Shown: positions 35,873 to 50,193, counted from the first letter of the stretch. The stretch: 64,000 nucleotides of DNA from Utricularia gibba (GCA_002189035.1 NEEC01000014.1:1054001-1118000), one strand, 5' to 3'. Translations and numbers: made by a program. Notes: generated by a model not told the origin, from the sequence alone.

Positions 35873-36582
35873 AGCTTCTTGAGTAGCCTGAAAGCAAATA
35901 CACATATGAATCTGCAGTGAGCCACTTGAAGCTATCAGAACAGACTGAAAAATCCCAAGATCTCTACACAAGAAATCATGTTAACTACCCACATTCACAT
36001 CTGTGAAAGCGGTGCATCTGAATACACAACACAAAGGAATGAAAGTGCACCTTTAAGAGGCAAATGGACAATCTGCGAAGAAGGTTTGGAATTTAGATGG
36101 CTACTTGTAGAAGAAGCAGCACTGAAATAGCAGAAGAAATGAAAGCACGAGGTCCCCATGTGTTGAAGCAGAGTGTCCCGTGGGGTTCACTCAAGGGAGG
36201 CATTGCAGTAGTGTGACTGTTCTTCAACCAACTTTCAAGAACTGCTTTTTAAATGGAAATGCTCATGGGGCTATCTCTTCAATCCAAAAGACAAGATCTT
36301 GCAGTTGCCCCAGATGTTCACTTGGTATATGATGATGTTGAGCCAAGTTTCAGACAACTCTGGAAGCTGGATTTGTCATCTCGAATCGATGCATGGGAGA
36401 AAATTATATGCAGAAACTGTAATGAAAAGGTTCAAGCACAAGCAAACACTAAGGGCATACTTTATTTCAACACATCACAGGACACTACATTTGCAGAAAC
36501 TACAGTAGCAAGGTTCATCACAAGCAAACACCAAGAGCACCCTTTATTTGGATACAGCCCTTTTTTCCTCATTCATCAGTTA

Positions 36583-37854
<1,272 letters not shown>

Positions 37855-38017
37855 TTAGAAGCCACAATATATAGAAACAGTGCAGCTAGTGTATTTTCAT
37901 TTTTGACGGTGGAAAATGAGAGAACTCATCAAATCACCAACGACCACCAGAAAGAAGAGATCCGGGTGAAGGAAAATGAAGAGTCGGATGTTTGATTCAA
38001 GGTCCTCAGTTGATTCT

Positions 38018-39494
38018 TCAACATGGGTACACTTGAAAGCTCGAAGCTTTGGCCATCGTGCAGACAGGGCAAACATTCACAACAAGATCACATTCTGCAC
38101 ACAGACAGAGATGTTTACAAGGCATCAACAACACAGAAGCCCTATTTACTCCGCAACATCTACAGCCCGTATCACTCATCATCCACTGTGTCGAGCACTC
38201 GTTCGACGCGGGATCATGCTCTCCGAAGCCCTCTTTCCCTAGAGCTTCTTGGAGGCTGTGTTTCAGATTCTTAACCACTGATTCGTTGTAGGTGGCTATC
38301 CGCCGCCACTTACGTGCCTCCGCGGCCTGCTGCTTGATAGTTTCGGAGAGTTGTTTGTTCCTGTTGACTACGCTTGCCAGCTCAAGATCTTTTTCATATA
38401 GTTTCTGTGCATATGCTTCCTCCAAAGCTGCCTTTAAGGCATTTCTGTGTCTCTTAGTCATTGCATGAATTCCCTTCGCTAACTTCTCCCCCTGACAAAA
38501 CAACCATTAAAGCCGTAGCTCAAAAAGCTCTGGTTTCTGTCATTCAGCGAAAAGAAAGTTGCAGATAACTACCTGTTCTGCTACGAAGTAGTGAAGCTCC
38601 GAGCTTTGAAGATCACTCTGAAATCTCAAATCATTGCTCAGGGAAGGGAAGGCCTCATTTACCGATAGCAATGACGAATTTCGTCCGGCAAGGTCATGAT
38701 ACTGACTTAAACCAGTTGTCACACTATTCTGGTTGCCGAAGTTGGGATTAACTGCATCTTTTCGTCCAGAAATTGTGATACATTGAGCCTTCCCCGGCAT
38801 TGCCAAAACCGGGGCTTGCATGTTGTTTATGGTCTGCAGTTGCATTGGCATGATCGACTGATTCCCATCAAAATTTGCAGGAACACCATGAAAATGCAGA
38901 GGCACTACGATGAGCAAAAAGACATTCAGTAACTATCACAGCAATGGTGGATTCAGTGTGCACTCTTGCAATGAGGAAAAAAAAACCGCTCACAGTTTAC
39001 CATAAGAGCGACACAAAATACATACAGTTTCCGCTCAATGCGAGTAGATTAGACGGATCAACATTAAGCTGACACTGCTCATTTATCAGAGGCAGAGGCG
39101 GAACCCCGCTCACAAACTCCCTGATCATTTGCCAGGATTCAATTGGCATGCCAAATTCCCTGACGACACGAAAGCATTATGAGGTAAGCAGTTTCTAAAA
39201 CTCCAATAAAATAAGCACAGAACGATTGCGACTGAGAAGGGTAGGCGAACAAATGCTATCTTGTGGGTAAAGAAAACAATGTGAATCTTGGATTTCTTGC
39301 ATTCCGCTGATGCTGTGCAATAGACACTTTTTTCATTGTTTTTGCATCATTTCGGTTTCAGATTTTTCAGGCCGAACGCAATGTGCAAAATGGATTGATC
39401 GACAGAACACTGAGACATATGCAATAAAAACCATGCGATTCTTGGATTACCTCGCATTCCTCTGACTGTAGTCAAGTTCACCATCTTCATTCAT
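38018..39494 (-). CDS. BOI/SBP-family C3HC4 RING E3 ubiquitin ligase (divergent)
   Basis: Last exon 38018-38491 encodes a coiled coil, YNESVV and RING CRCC...LLMPCKHLCLCAECD...CPVC. Upstream exons 38573-38904, about 39028-39160 and about 39451-39494 splice in frame. The N-terminal exons are less certain. Confidence 0.8.
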
Positions 39495-40874
39495 TACGGG
39501 TATATCACGCACACAAGGCGCAAAATGGATTGATTCATTCTACAAAACCATTCACCAGAAAAGCGTGATCCTTGAGACATATAATCAAACACAACGCCAA
39601 CTCAAACTTACCACGTAGTTGAAGAATCCAAATAAATGAAATCTCGATATGGGTCTTGAGCCTCCGATCTCACCAGTCAATGGAACACCCAACCGGAGAC
39701 GATCACAGTTGGGATTGTAGAAGCAGGTAGAAATGAACGGGGAAATAAAGCAGAGAGTGCGTTAAAGACTGTTTGGGAGGTCGGAGATGATGATGAAGAA
39801 AAGAGGTTTTGGTTTCAACAAACCGAAACAACCACACAAACCACAAGACGCAAGAAACAGCCCCCGCAATGAATTCGAAAACCTTCAAAAGAAGGAAAAA
39901 ATCAACCGCTTTTAAGGGGCAAAAAGCACGTTGGAATGTGAGTTTTTTCAAATCCCCCCACATGGATTCAACAAACCAACCAACTTCCCGGTTACGTTGT
40001 CAGGTGCTAGATTCTTCAAACAACCGTCGCCATCACTGTCCCTGTGTATCGGCCACACGACCGGTCTCCTCCGGCCTCGTCGGTGCGTATGGGCCTGTGG
40101 CCTGCGTATGACCTTGATGAACGGGCCCGATATCATTTGGGCCTCCTTGTTTCGTACAGCCCAAATTCCAATTAGTGAAAATTATGTTGGGTCAGGCTCG
40201 TTTCAAGTCATTATTTATCTTTTTTTTAAAAAAAATAAGAATTCGAGAAAAATCCCAAGCCAACAGTCATGGGCCCGAGACTCACGCAGCCAGCGTCGTT
40301 GACTACTTCTCGAAAACGACGCCGTGTCGCTTATTGGGCCACGTGACGTGTCTCCGGCCCTAATTCGTGTACTCCCAAATTGTCGCCATCTTTCACGTTC
40401 CCATGCAGTTGAAACTTCATTGTCATGTGCATTAAGTACAAGCTGAGAACAATTTTTGTGGAATGCATTTTTATGATGAAAAATGAAATGCAAAGAGGAC
40501 AATCTGAATCGTATGGTTCCAATGCATCTGCCGAATGCGATTTTTCTTTATATTATTATATACGTGTTACACATTTTTACGTTTTTCTTTTATATTAGTT
40601 TTCTAACTAGTCATACATCAAGGTTCTACATTAAAATTTTGATAGAATTGTGGTGCAAAGAATAAAGTTTAGTACACATTTCGCATGTTCATGTTAGAAA
40701 CCCCGCATTTAGAATTTATTCAAAGTACGTCATATATCATCTTAATAGAATTTGAAGTTTATAAGAGTCATTGATAGTAAAGTATTAATATGTTTAAGTA
40801 AATCGTAATTGAATATGCATATACTCAATTGTATATAATATTTTAATATTTAATAATAAAAGTTTGAGTATGTA

Positions 40875-40895
40875 ATATATATATATATATATATA
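40875..40895. repeat. (AT)n microsatellite
   Basis: Seen directly in an AT-rich spacer. Confidence 0.9.
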
Positions 40896-41827
40896 ATTAG
40901 TCATTTTTACATCTGTGCATATTATCCATATGTTCAAAAAATGAGTATGTGATTTATATAATCATATAAGATTAATATATATATATATATATTTGAATAT
41001 AAATTTTATATATTATACTATTAAACACTTTTTAAGTATGACAACTCCCCAAGCCAGATGCACTAATAATGCATCAAAGCTTGGGGATTTTCGATAATGC
41101 CGTTTCTTATTGGTGGGCGAACAATCCAACACTAATTGTTAGATTTGGTTGAGATTATGTGATAAGATGAGATGAATACCACATGAAACTATGGGCTTTC
41201 TTGGGGGATTTGATCCCCATGACGTGGTGTTGCTTGGTGCATAAATGTTTGTCCCCAACACCTTCACATGGCCAGCCCCTCTTCCAATTTCCAACTAGAA
41301 GGCCACTTAATGTGTCCATAGATTGCATTAAAAAACTTACAAATTTTAAAAATACTTTTTATTTAATTAAAATCACTCCTCAAAAAACTATATTTGAAAT
41401 TCGAAAAAAAGTACAACACTTTAGAGGGACAAGGAAGATGGGTTTGGTGTAGTGTCGTCCCCTCGTGCGGATGTCATAACGGGTGCAATTGTAAGAGATG
41501 ATGGGGATGAAAGAAGATGAGAGGGCGGTGAGGAGGAGACATGAGAATGACGCAGCAAAACAACAAGACGGAGCTGATGAAGCTTTCACCTGATTTCTTA
41601 CAGTAAATGTGGATCAGACCAAAGAGGGTGTTATTGTAATGATGACGATGACCAGAAGTTAGTTGGAGTTTCAAGGGACACGAGCCAAGTAGAAGAATAG
41701 GACACGGCAGCAGCAGCCCCTGCCTTAATGCGCACACACAAGTAGCACTGTTTTTTCTGTTGGCTTCTGTGTCTCCTTTGCCATCCATCGTCTCCTATAC
41801 AATTTCCCACCGCTCAGCACAGAGGGG

Positions 41828-41831
<4 letters not shown>

Positions 41832-41859
<28 letters not shown>
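41832..41859. repeat. (AG)14 microsatellite in the 5'UTR of the PADRE gene
   Basis: Seen directly, 14 nt before the ATG. Confidence 0.9.
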
Positions 41860-41862
<3 letters not shown>

Positions 41863-41873
41863 GGAAGCTTCTT

Positions 41874-42513
41874 ATGGGAAACTGCCAGGCAGTGGACGCC
41901 GCCGCCGTCGTGATGTATCATCCTGACGGCAGGCGGGAGAGGATGTATTGGCCGGTGCTTGTGGGGGAGGTGATGAAGATGAATCCCGGGCACTATGTTT
42001 CTCTGGTTATTCAGGTTGATGAAAACGAATCCGATGGCGTCAAGTTTTCGCGTGTCAAGCTTCTCCGGCCGACCGACACGCTTCTTCTTGGCCATGCCTA
42101 TCGCTTGGTTACTTCTGAAGGTAGGTATCCTGTGGAGCCAGCCTTTCCCTGTAGAAAAAAGATTTGATTTTGAGAAGTGGGGTATCTTTGCTTTGTTGCA
42201 GAGGTTGTGAGAATGATTAAAGCAAAGAAGTGTGCTAAGCTGATGATGATGAAGAAGAAGAACCAGGAAGCATCAGGTGAAAATCAGATGCAAACACAGT
42301 ATGAACAGAAGAAAAAGAATCAGGTACCTGTTATTTCAATTAAGGATCAGTTAGGATACTCAAAACACCCCCATCTAGACAAAGCATTTGATGCGTTGCT
42401 AGGCATTGAAACCAGAGAGAAATGAACAGAGATGTGGTTCTAGTTCAACAAATCTGGACTCAAGAAGATCAAGGTCATGGCGCCCATCATTGCAGAGCAT
42501 TTCAGAATCTTGA
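41874..42513 (+). CDS. PADRE / DUF4228-domain protein
   Basis: Exons 41874-42120, 42202-42323, 42403-42513. N-myristoylation-type MGNCQAVDAA, NPGHYVSL, RVKLLRPTDTLLLGHAYRL, and hallmark C-terminus WRPSLQSISES. Confidence 0.92.
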
Positions 42514-42826
42514 GGATGATAATCCAGCATGATTTGTTATTACTGATTTTCAAAGCATCTTTCTTGTAACTCCTGAGTTTCATTTAACAAAGTAACTAGT
42601 AGCTTTTATCAGAGATTTGAATTTATCTGACTAACCTCTGAATCTTGGTTTAAATGATTCTGTGCCAACTGCAACTGGAATCTTTGAGTAGATAAGAACA
42701 ACTGCAACTGGTTAGCATTGAAATGATTCAAACCATATGCTGGTTCCAAGTGTCCACAAAGCAAGGTTTGGCAACAAGAAGGATAATCCAATCCAGTCGA
42801 TTTCAGAGGATATCTAGAGGAACTAC

Positions 42827-43500
42827 TCAAACAACAACATCGACACGCTCAAACTCAATCAAAGACAAGTTGTTGGTTTGGTCCACAGAGAAGCTGGCAG
42901 GTTGCACGACATCAATCCTGCCAGTTCGATCCACAGCAAGCCTCATCGATCCCTTGAACATGTCGATTCTTGCATTTGAGAGGACAAGAGTGTTCCCTTC
43001 TTTGGCCAGGTCCACTGAAAGAATAAATGCTCAGTGGTTGTGGGCAAAAGAAACAAGGGGAGAGAGAGAGAGAGAGTTTACGCATAGGCAGGCAATCAAG
43101 AGTGAATAAAGCAGTGGCAAAATACACAAAAACTTCAGTTTGCAACAAAAAAATGCATTCAACTTCCATGACGATCTATAAGTTCATAAATATGCTAAGT
43201 AATACAAATTCAGTCATAAACACCATGCAACAAATATCGTGCTCTTGGCTTCAGAGATCTTGATGAATCAGAAATAAAAAAAAAATGTGTCGGAATTGTA
43301 AAAGTATGCATACCTTGGTCATTTCTTGCGGTTAATACAATTATTCCAGTTTCATCTCCAACTAAGCACTCAGCAAATCGCCCCTGACTTCTACCTCTCT
43401 GCTGTACAATCTTGGTGTCGATAACTTTTACGGTCAAGTTAAGGCCAGCACTCAATGGGCGCAGCTCATTTACCTTGGTTGCCTGCTTCTTGTCAGCCAT
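42827..43500 (-). CDS. small OB-fold nucleic-acid-binding protein (At1g23750/At4g28440-like)
   Basis: Exons 43314-43500 and 42827-43014. Motifs LNLTVKV, AECLVGDETG, NARIDMFKGSMRLAVD, NNLSLIEFE. Confidence 0.92.
43061..43076. repeat. (AG)8 microsatellite inside the OB-fold gene intron
   Basis: Seen directly. Confidence 0.85.
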
Positions 43501-44316
43501 TTGATAATGCCAAATGCTCTACAAGAAAAACAGAATCTTTGTACAGAATTGGAACATAGAAACCCAGAATTTGACTCTCACAACGCAATTCATACCAAGT
43601 TCCTTTAAATGACCGACACAAGCTTCCGACATTGATAATGGAATTCTAGAATGGGCATCACTAACAGGGATCGCACATGCATTAACCAATGATTTTCACC
43701 AAACCACTGAATCGAACAGAAAATCACCGCAAATTCTTAGATACTAGCACAAGAACCAACATTTATTGTGGATCATACTCAAATCCTATTGCATATCCAG
43801 ATCAAGCAACAAAATGCCATAACAACTCAACAGACAAACCAGGAAATTTGTGAATCACATCAATTTGGGAAAAGGGATTCTACCTGACAACGAAGAGGCG
43901 AAAGAATCACTAAAATCTGCAGCAGGAGGCTCGAACAAGTGTCAATGATTTCAAGCGACGAAAAACAGCAACGTAGCAGGCCCATTATCATACCCTGCGT
44001 CGGCCCAATAATACATTCCTGTTCCATGGCCTTTCCCTGGTTAATCTTTTTTCTCGACAAAGAAACCTTTTTTATCGGAAGAGAAGAAGTGTTCGATACA
44101 ACGTAAGAAGTGTTCAGTACTGCGTTGTCACCCCAAGAAAAATGAGTGTCGCTAGTTTTATTTTTTTACCGCTGTCCACGGTAAGAAATTCATTTACAAC
44201 ATGGGAGCTGATGAACACAGCACCCAGCATTCAAGAGCAAATGAGAGCAAATGATAACTAAGATCCCTTATTGGCAGCAAAGAAGATATCGGGAAGCCGT
44301 TTGAACAAAGCTTTAC

Positions 44317-46571
44317 TCACGGGAGAACGGTTCTCACTTCTTTCCTATCAGCTCCAAAGCTCTGAAATGAATAAAACAGGCTTCCGTTACCTACTGTTGA
44401 AACTCAGGAGATTCGAACCACGGATATGGGAAAGAAGAACTGTACCTCAGATCCCAAGCCTCTGACGTATATGTTTGTGAAAAGCTCGGATGGATCGGGT
44501 AAAGGGCTCTCCTGCAAAGTCAGATGAGTGAAGTGAATCGAGTTTAAAGAAGGAAGGTTTGACAATGGTGTGTGGTCTAACCTTAGCTTTTGCAATGGCT
44601 TCTTCTACTTGTTTCTTGGCTTCCTTTTCTGTATCCTGAGATGAAAAAAACAGCTGATTTTGTAAACTGTGCAAACCACTTGCCCTCAACATATATGCCC
44701 GCAACTAATGGGGAACTATATGGCAACAAATGGGTTTGCGTTTACCTTCAATTCCTTTTCAGTGGCTAAGTCATGAGCTAGAATAAGCTTTCTGACTCTC
44801 TCAACTGGGTCACGCTCCTGCATAAATTGTTATTTTATTTATTATGGAAGGCCAGATAGTAATCAAGACAGTTTGGCGTCAAAATCTATACCTGCCGAAT
44901 TCCAGAAATCTCATCACGTGTGCGATATGTGCTTCCGGGATCTGACATTGAGTGCCCATGATATCTGTAGGTATCCATTTCAAGGATCTGAAACAATATA
45001 TTATTAAGCTCATGTTAAAGTGATTCACTTACAATAAGTATACAGTGCACTGGCTGGAAAACAAAACTCTTGTGTCAAAGCATGGAGAGTGAAACCATGG
45101 AACAAAACAAAAATTTCCAATACGAATGAATACTCCAGGTACAATACGATATAATGTGCACTCACAATAGGTCCATTCTTCAAGACATAATCCTTTGCAA
45201 ACTTGGCTGCTTGCTTGACTGCAAGCACATCCATTCCATCAACCTGTTATGCACCACGAAAGGAATGTTGAGGAAGCAAACAACGTTTTTGAGGTCAATG
45301 AATCATCAGGAAGACTCAGTGGAGAACCCAAAATAGCAAGGCACAGCAATGTCCCGAGTCAATAACAATAACTAAATAAAGGTCCTTTGGCTAAGTGCAA
45401 GCTAAAAAAAAGTGTAAAACATCACGTCCCATTACAATTTTTCCCAGCAGTAAAATGGACCATGTGACATAAAAGTCGACAAAGAAGATGTCTGGCTGAC
45501 CTTCAACCCAGGTACATAATCTCCTCTCTTGTAATATGCTGGGCTCTTTGCTGCTCTCCATTCTGCTGTTCCCATTCCATCTATATATGATATGAAACGT
45601 AGCATATCAAAAAACATGCAAGAACCAGATGATAATTTCACCTAGAAGCTTCGAGAAATGATACTTATGCATAGTCTTTAAGTAACTAGAAGTAACCTAT
45701 TGAACTCATGAGGTTCAGACAGAATATAACAAGAAGAATATAAACAAAAAGAGTTAGCAAACACTGTCGTTCATCCAAAGAGTTAACTAGAAGATAACAG
45801 GAATATTATCCCACTATAAAAAGGGAAAACAAAGGTAAAACTTTCCATATCAAGGCATCGTTGCAACCTAAATTTCAGCTTTTCTGAAAAATTCTTACAG
45901 TGATTGTTCTCGCAAACAAGGATAACAGGCAGATCCCAAAGGGCTGCGATGTTGAGGGCCTCAAACAACTGTCCTTGATTCGCAGCCCCATCTCCATATA
46001 AAGCAAAAGTAACATTGTCTTCCTTCTTATATTTCTGCGCAAAAGCCAACCCGCACCCTAATGGCACTTGAGCCCCAACAATGCCATGGCCACCATAAAA
46101 CCCGTTCTCCTTCCTATAAAAGTGCATCGAACCCCCCTTTCCCTTAGAACAACCATCCCTTCTCCCCATGAGTTCCGAAAACGATTCCAAAAGCGTGCCC
46201 CCACGCCCCAAGAAAGTGCAATGATCACGGTAGGCAGTGATAATGCAATCATTCTTAGTGATTCCAGCTTCCATCCCCACGGCCACAGCCTCCTGCCCAT
46301 CATAAAGATGGCAAAACCCACGGATAAGCTTCGACTTATAGAGCGAATCCGCGGCAATTTCCATTCTTCTCATCAAGGACATATCCCAAAAAAACGATAG
46401 CAGTTCTTTCGGAGATGTTTCCACAGATCGAGAAGGCGGATCGATCTTGTGTCCCGTAAAGGGAAGCGACGTCTCGATAGTGATCGGATCCGCCGACGCG
46501 GTCGAAAGGCATCGGAAGGCGGTCCCCATAGGTTTCAGTAGGTCGCCGGAGCGACGAGCTATTTGAGCCAT
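44317..46571 (-). CDS. PDHA: pyruvate dehydrogenase E1 alpha subunit, mitochondrial
   Basis: Eight exons: 45899-46571, 45501-45580, 45166-45243, 44892-44987, 44746-44817, 44582-44635, 44446-44511, 44317-44361. Motifs [25 protein letters not shown] motif GDGAANQGQ...[17 protein letters not shown]-terminus [14 protein letters not shown]. Confidence 0.96.
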
Positions 46572-46722
46572 TCTACACACAAATCCGATAGCCACCGAGA
46601 GATGCTCCCGTCGAAAAATCCCACGCAGACACAAATGAAACCGGACGGAAGAATGGCTGAAAATTGATTTAATACCCAATTCCTAACTTTCCCTAAATAA
46701 AAAAGAAAGACTCACCATTCTA

Positions 46723-46798
46723 AGCCCATATTGTTTGGGCCTTTTACCTATGCACTCACAGAGCCCAGCGCAATAAAAGCCCATACTGTCTGAGCCCG
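46723..46798. promoter_or_regulatory. cluster of site II (TGGGCY, TCP-binding) elements upstream of PDH E1-alpha
   Basis: AGCCCA at 46723, 46762 and 46778; TGGGCC at 46736. Site II clusters are an established feature of nuclear genes for mitochondrial proteins. Confidence 0.65.
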
Positions 46799-48686
46799 TT
46801 AAAAATGATTTTTTAAATTTGATTATAAGATTAAATTTTTTATTATACATATCATTTTTATGATCAAATATAATAATTTATAAAAAAAAATTAATATATA
46901 AAATTATTATTATTAAAATATTTTTAATATAAAAAATTTTATTTCTATTGGACTCCCTTAGTACAATTGTACTACTACTATTGACTTGATTATTTAAAAT
47001 AAAATAAAATAATTAATAATCTAAAAACCATTATTTTATCGAATTTATTCGAAAATGGTCCTTTTTTCTTTTATTTATTGGGTTGATTTTAATAGCCATC
47101 CTGGGAGGCCCAATCCCCACCTACCGAGGCCAGTGACCATTGCCACGTTGCAAGAGGAGTCGCCTTCAGCCGGCTGGGGCCCAGGCCCAATAGCCGTTGG
47201 GAGGCTGCCCGCCGTCAACATTGACGAAGCCCTGGCCATGTGGGTTCCCCACGTGGCGACGACCGCGTGGTCGGAGACGGGCCCACCACGCTTCTTTAAT
47301 GACCAAAATATCCAATTGCTTGGAAACAAAAGGTCAACATCCCCAGTGGATGATGTTGAAGTGGGTGTGCACTAACATGCGACTCCTGTCCAAATTATGC
47401 CAAGATTCATGTATTTTTTTTCTTTTACAATTAATTTTCAACTTTATTAAATTATTTTTAAACCCCCCAAGAATATACAATTTTTAATCTTGATCACATG
47501 AAGCTAAATTCAGTTGAAATTTTGGGCACCACGAACATTTTGTGTGTGTTTGGGTTCATAGATGTGGGACACTTATTTCAGACAATTTTCAGTTGGGTCC
47601 TTGAGAACTCAAAAAGTTCAGCTACAGTCCCTCCATATGCTGAAATTGTCATTTTCCCTCTGGCCTTTGCTCGCGTCCCCATCTCTGTTTCAGCACATGA
47701 TTTAAAAAAAACAACGTGACGTTGATGCGCACCATACATTAATATTCATATTTTTTATATTTATTTCATTAAATTAAAATAATATTATTTATCAATTAGC
47801 AAATTGGACTTCCATCACTTCTTGAGCTAAAGATTAGTCTTCTAAATTTAAATGGAATATTAAAATCATGCTTCGTTAAAATTATTTAGAATTTCAAACA
47901 CATATGTGTCGAGAATTAAATATGTTTGATGTATATATATATTTCAATAAATACGAGATTTTTTAAGTGAGGTATATTTTTTATTTATTTAAAATGCATA
48001 TATTCTAAAAATTAGATCTATTTAATAGAGATGTATTATGAATACATATATGGTTTTTAAGTTATTTGAATAATCTTCGTAAGATTAGGGCCTTGGTATT
48101 TCAGATTGATTATGAACGAGGAGGGGGATGTGATTAAATATAAAACCTTCATAATTTTATACAAGATATTTTTCTCAAAAAGGAAAAATATAAAATCGTA
48201 AAAGTTGTATATTTGAAAGGATAATATTATAATGTAGATAATGATAATATTTTTGAAAATTTTTATGCAACTTGAATTTTATTAGTCAATAAATTTTGGT
48301 TTATTCTATAAAATATCTATTAAATATAATATTATTTTAATATATATTTGATATAAATTTATTTTAACTATACAATATATATATTTAAATATTAAATATA
48401 TTAATAATTAAATTAACGGACAAAAATTTATCTAGGGGTGTTGATTTTATTTTTCACGTGGGAGAGATGTATAAAAAGGACAATGTGGGGAAAAGGGACG
48501 AATTTATTGCAACCCGAGGGCGTAAATGTGATTTCCTCCAATGCAGAGGACCGGAATGCAAATTTATTTAAAAGCCCCCGTCGAATGCTCCGGCCCAGGA
48601 GAATAAAAAATTACAAATCCAGCTTGTCGTTTATCGACATTTCCATTTCACGGACAGTAGATGTTTGTTTGGAATTTTGTTGATCT

Positions 48687-49612
48687 TCAGAAACGCCATA
48701 GCCAGGTTCCTTGATACTGAACTGGGAACCCCAAATTGCACGAATTGGGCTGAAGATCCTCGCAATTTTCAGGTTCAACTTTCGGGAACGACAGTAGTGG
48801 CTGGAGAAAACTCATGCTTTCATCTGAGAAATCTGGTTTGAAACTCTCTAACGGCGAACTGCTTTCTGAATCGATTATGTCGCTTCTCACGGAGCTCGCC
48901 GCCGCAGCGGGAGATGATGTCTTAGTCTGGGGGTCGGGGGTGAGTTCGTCCTCCGCCACGATAGGATTCCCAGCTTCTGGGTCAGTTGAAGAACCTGAGT
49001 TTCGGGAAAAAACTGATCGGTAAACGAACATACACAGTAAATGATCTTTGGACTAAATGGAAAAGAGATGGACCTGGTTTCGGAGTTGTTGGTTTTTGGC
49101 GAAAATGGCGTCATGATCCGATTTCAGCTTGTCGTATTTGGCTTTCAGGGAGTCAAACTCCTTCTCAAGAAGCTTGGATTTGCAGCGGGCTCTTCGATTC
49201 TGAAACCAAATTGCGATTTGCCGTGGATGCAGTCCAAGTTCTTCAGCGAGTTGCTGTTTCCTGCACGCTTCAAGCTTATTTTCGACTTCGAAAACCTCTT
49301 CAAGAACCCGAACTTGATCCGGTTTCAGCCGCCGTTTCTTCTCCGGGCGGCCGTCGTCCGACTCTCCGTCCATGTTACCGGCAGCCTTTTCGCCATCGAA
49401 ACTAGCCCCAGAGTCTGTAACAGAGAAAAACAGTGGGTTGAGCTTTGATTAATTGCCCAGAAGCATAGACAAATGAAAGCTAGCAATGACACTGAGAGAT
49501 CACCGTTGAAAAAGAGAGAGGGTGAGGAAGAAGTCGGGATCCAGATGGACTCAAAATTGCTTGGGTTCTTCACTGAAAATTCATTCTCAGAGCTGGGACT
49601 CGGAACCTCCAT
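48687..49612 (-). CDS. homeodomain-leucine zipper class I transcription factor, with a one-base frameshift at 48969-48971
   Basis: Exons 49504-49612, 49074-49414, 48687-48994. EKKRRL...[18 protein letters not shown] plus zipper continuing VLQLTQKL. The acidic/aromatic tail [17 protein letters not shown] is reached only by adding one G. Confidence 0.88.
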
Positions 49613-49785
49613 GGCTTTTTTCAGTTTTTCCTCAAGCAGAACTGCAGACGCGCTGCTTCTGGGAACAGACAAAATTTGGAAGAGGTGATGGGGAAACCGA
49701 TACACACGACAATGCCTTTGACTGTGAGTGAGGTATGTATAGAAACTATATTATCTGTATTATTATTTAGTTTTCTTCATATCAT

Positions 49786-49857
49786 GGGGATGTAGCTCAG
49801 ATGGTAGAGCGCTCGCTTAGCATGCGAGAGGTACGGGGATCGATACCCGCATCTCCA
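49786..49857 (+). tRNA. trnA-AGC: tRNA-Ala (anticodon AGC), one C short in the T-stem
   Basis: GGGGATGTAGCTCAGATGGTAGAGCGCTCGCTTAGCATGCGAGAGGTACGGGGATCGATACCCGCATCTCCA matches the canonical plant cytosolic tRNA-Ala(AGC), except CCC where CCCC is expected. Confidence 0.95.
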
Positions 49858-49872
49858 TGCAATGCCTTGACA

Positions 49873-49879
49873 TTTTTTT
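49873..49879 (+). terminator. RNA polymerase III terminator (T7)
   Basis: Run of 7 T, 15 nt downstream of the tRNA. Confidence 0.75.
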
Positions 49880-50193
49880 ATGCTTATTTTTGTTGTTATT
49901 TCTCTCTCTGGTCGGTCAACATTGGTGTACGATGCGTTGCTTCATTTCTCAGGTTATTTATTTGAAGGGGGGCGACAAACAACTTGTTATTCCGCTTGGG
50001 ATATTGGAGCACATTTGCTCAGTTTGAAACCCATTGTTTGGACCTGTACACAGAGCATCTTCTCTGACTTCTTTGTCATCATGAGAGCACATTCTGAGCT
50101 CATCAGATGTCGGTTGGAATATGCATCACGTACAGGGGATCAACATTGAAGTTGTTCTGCTGATGTGCAGGGTGTCTGGGATCAACAGAAAAT

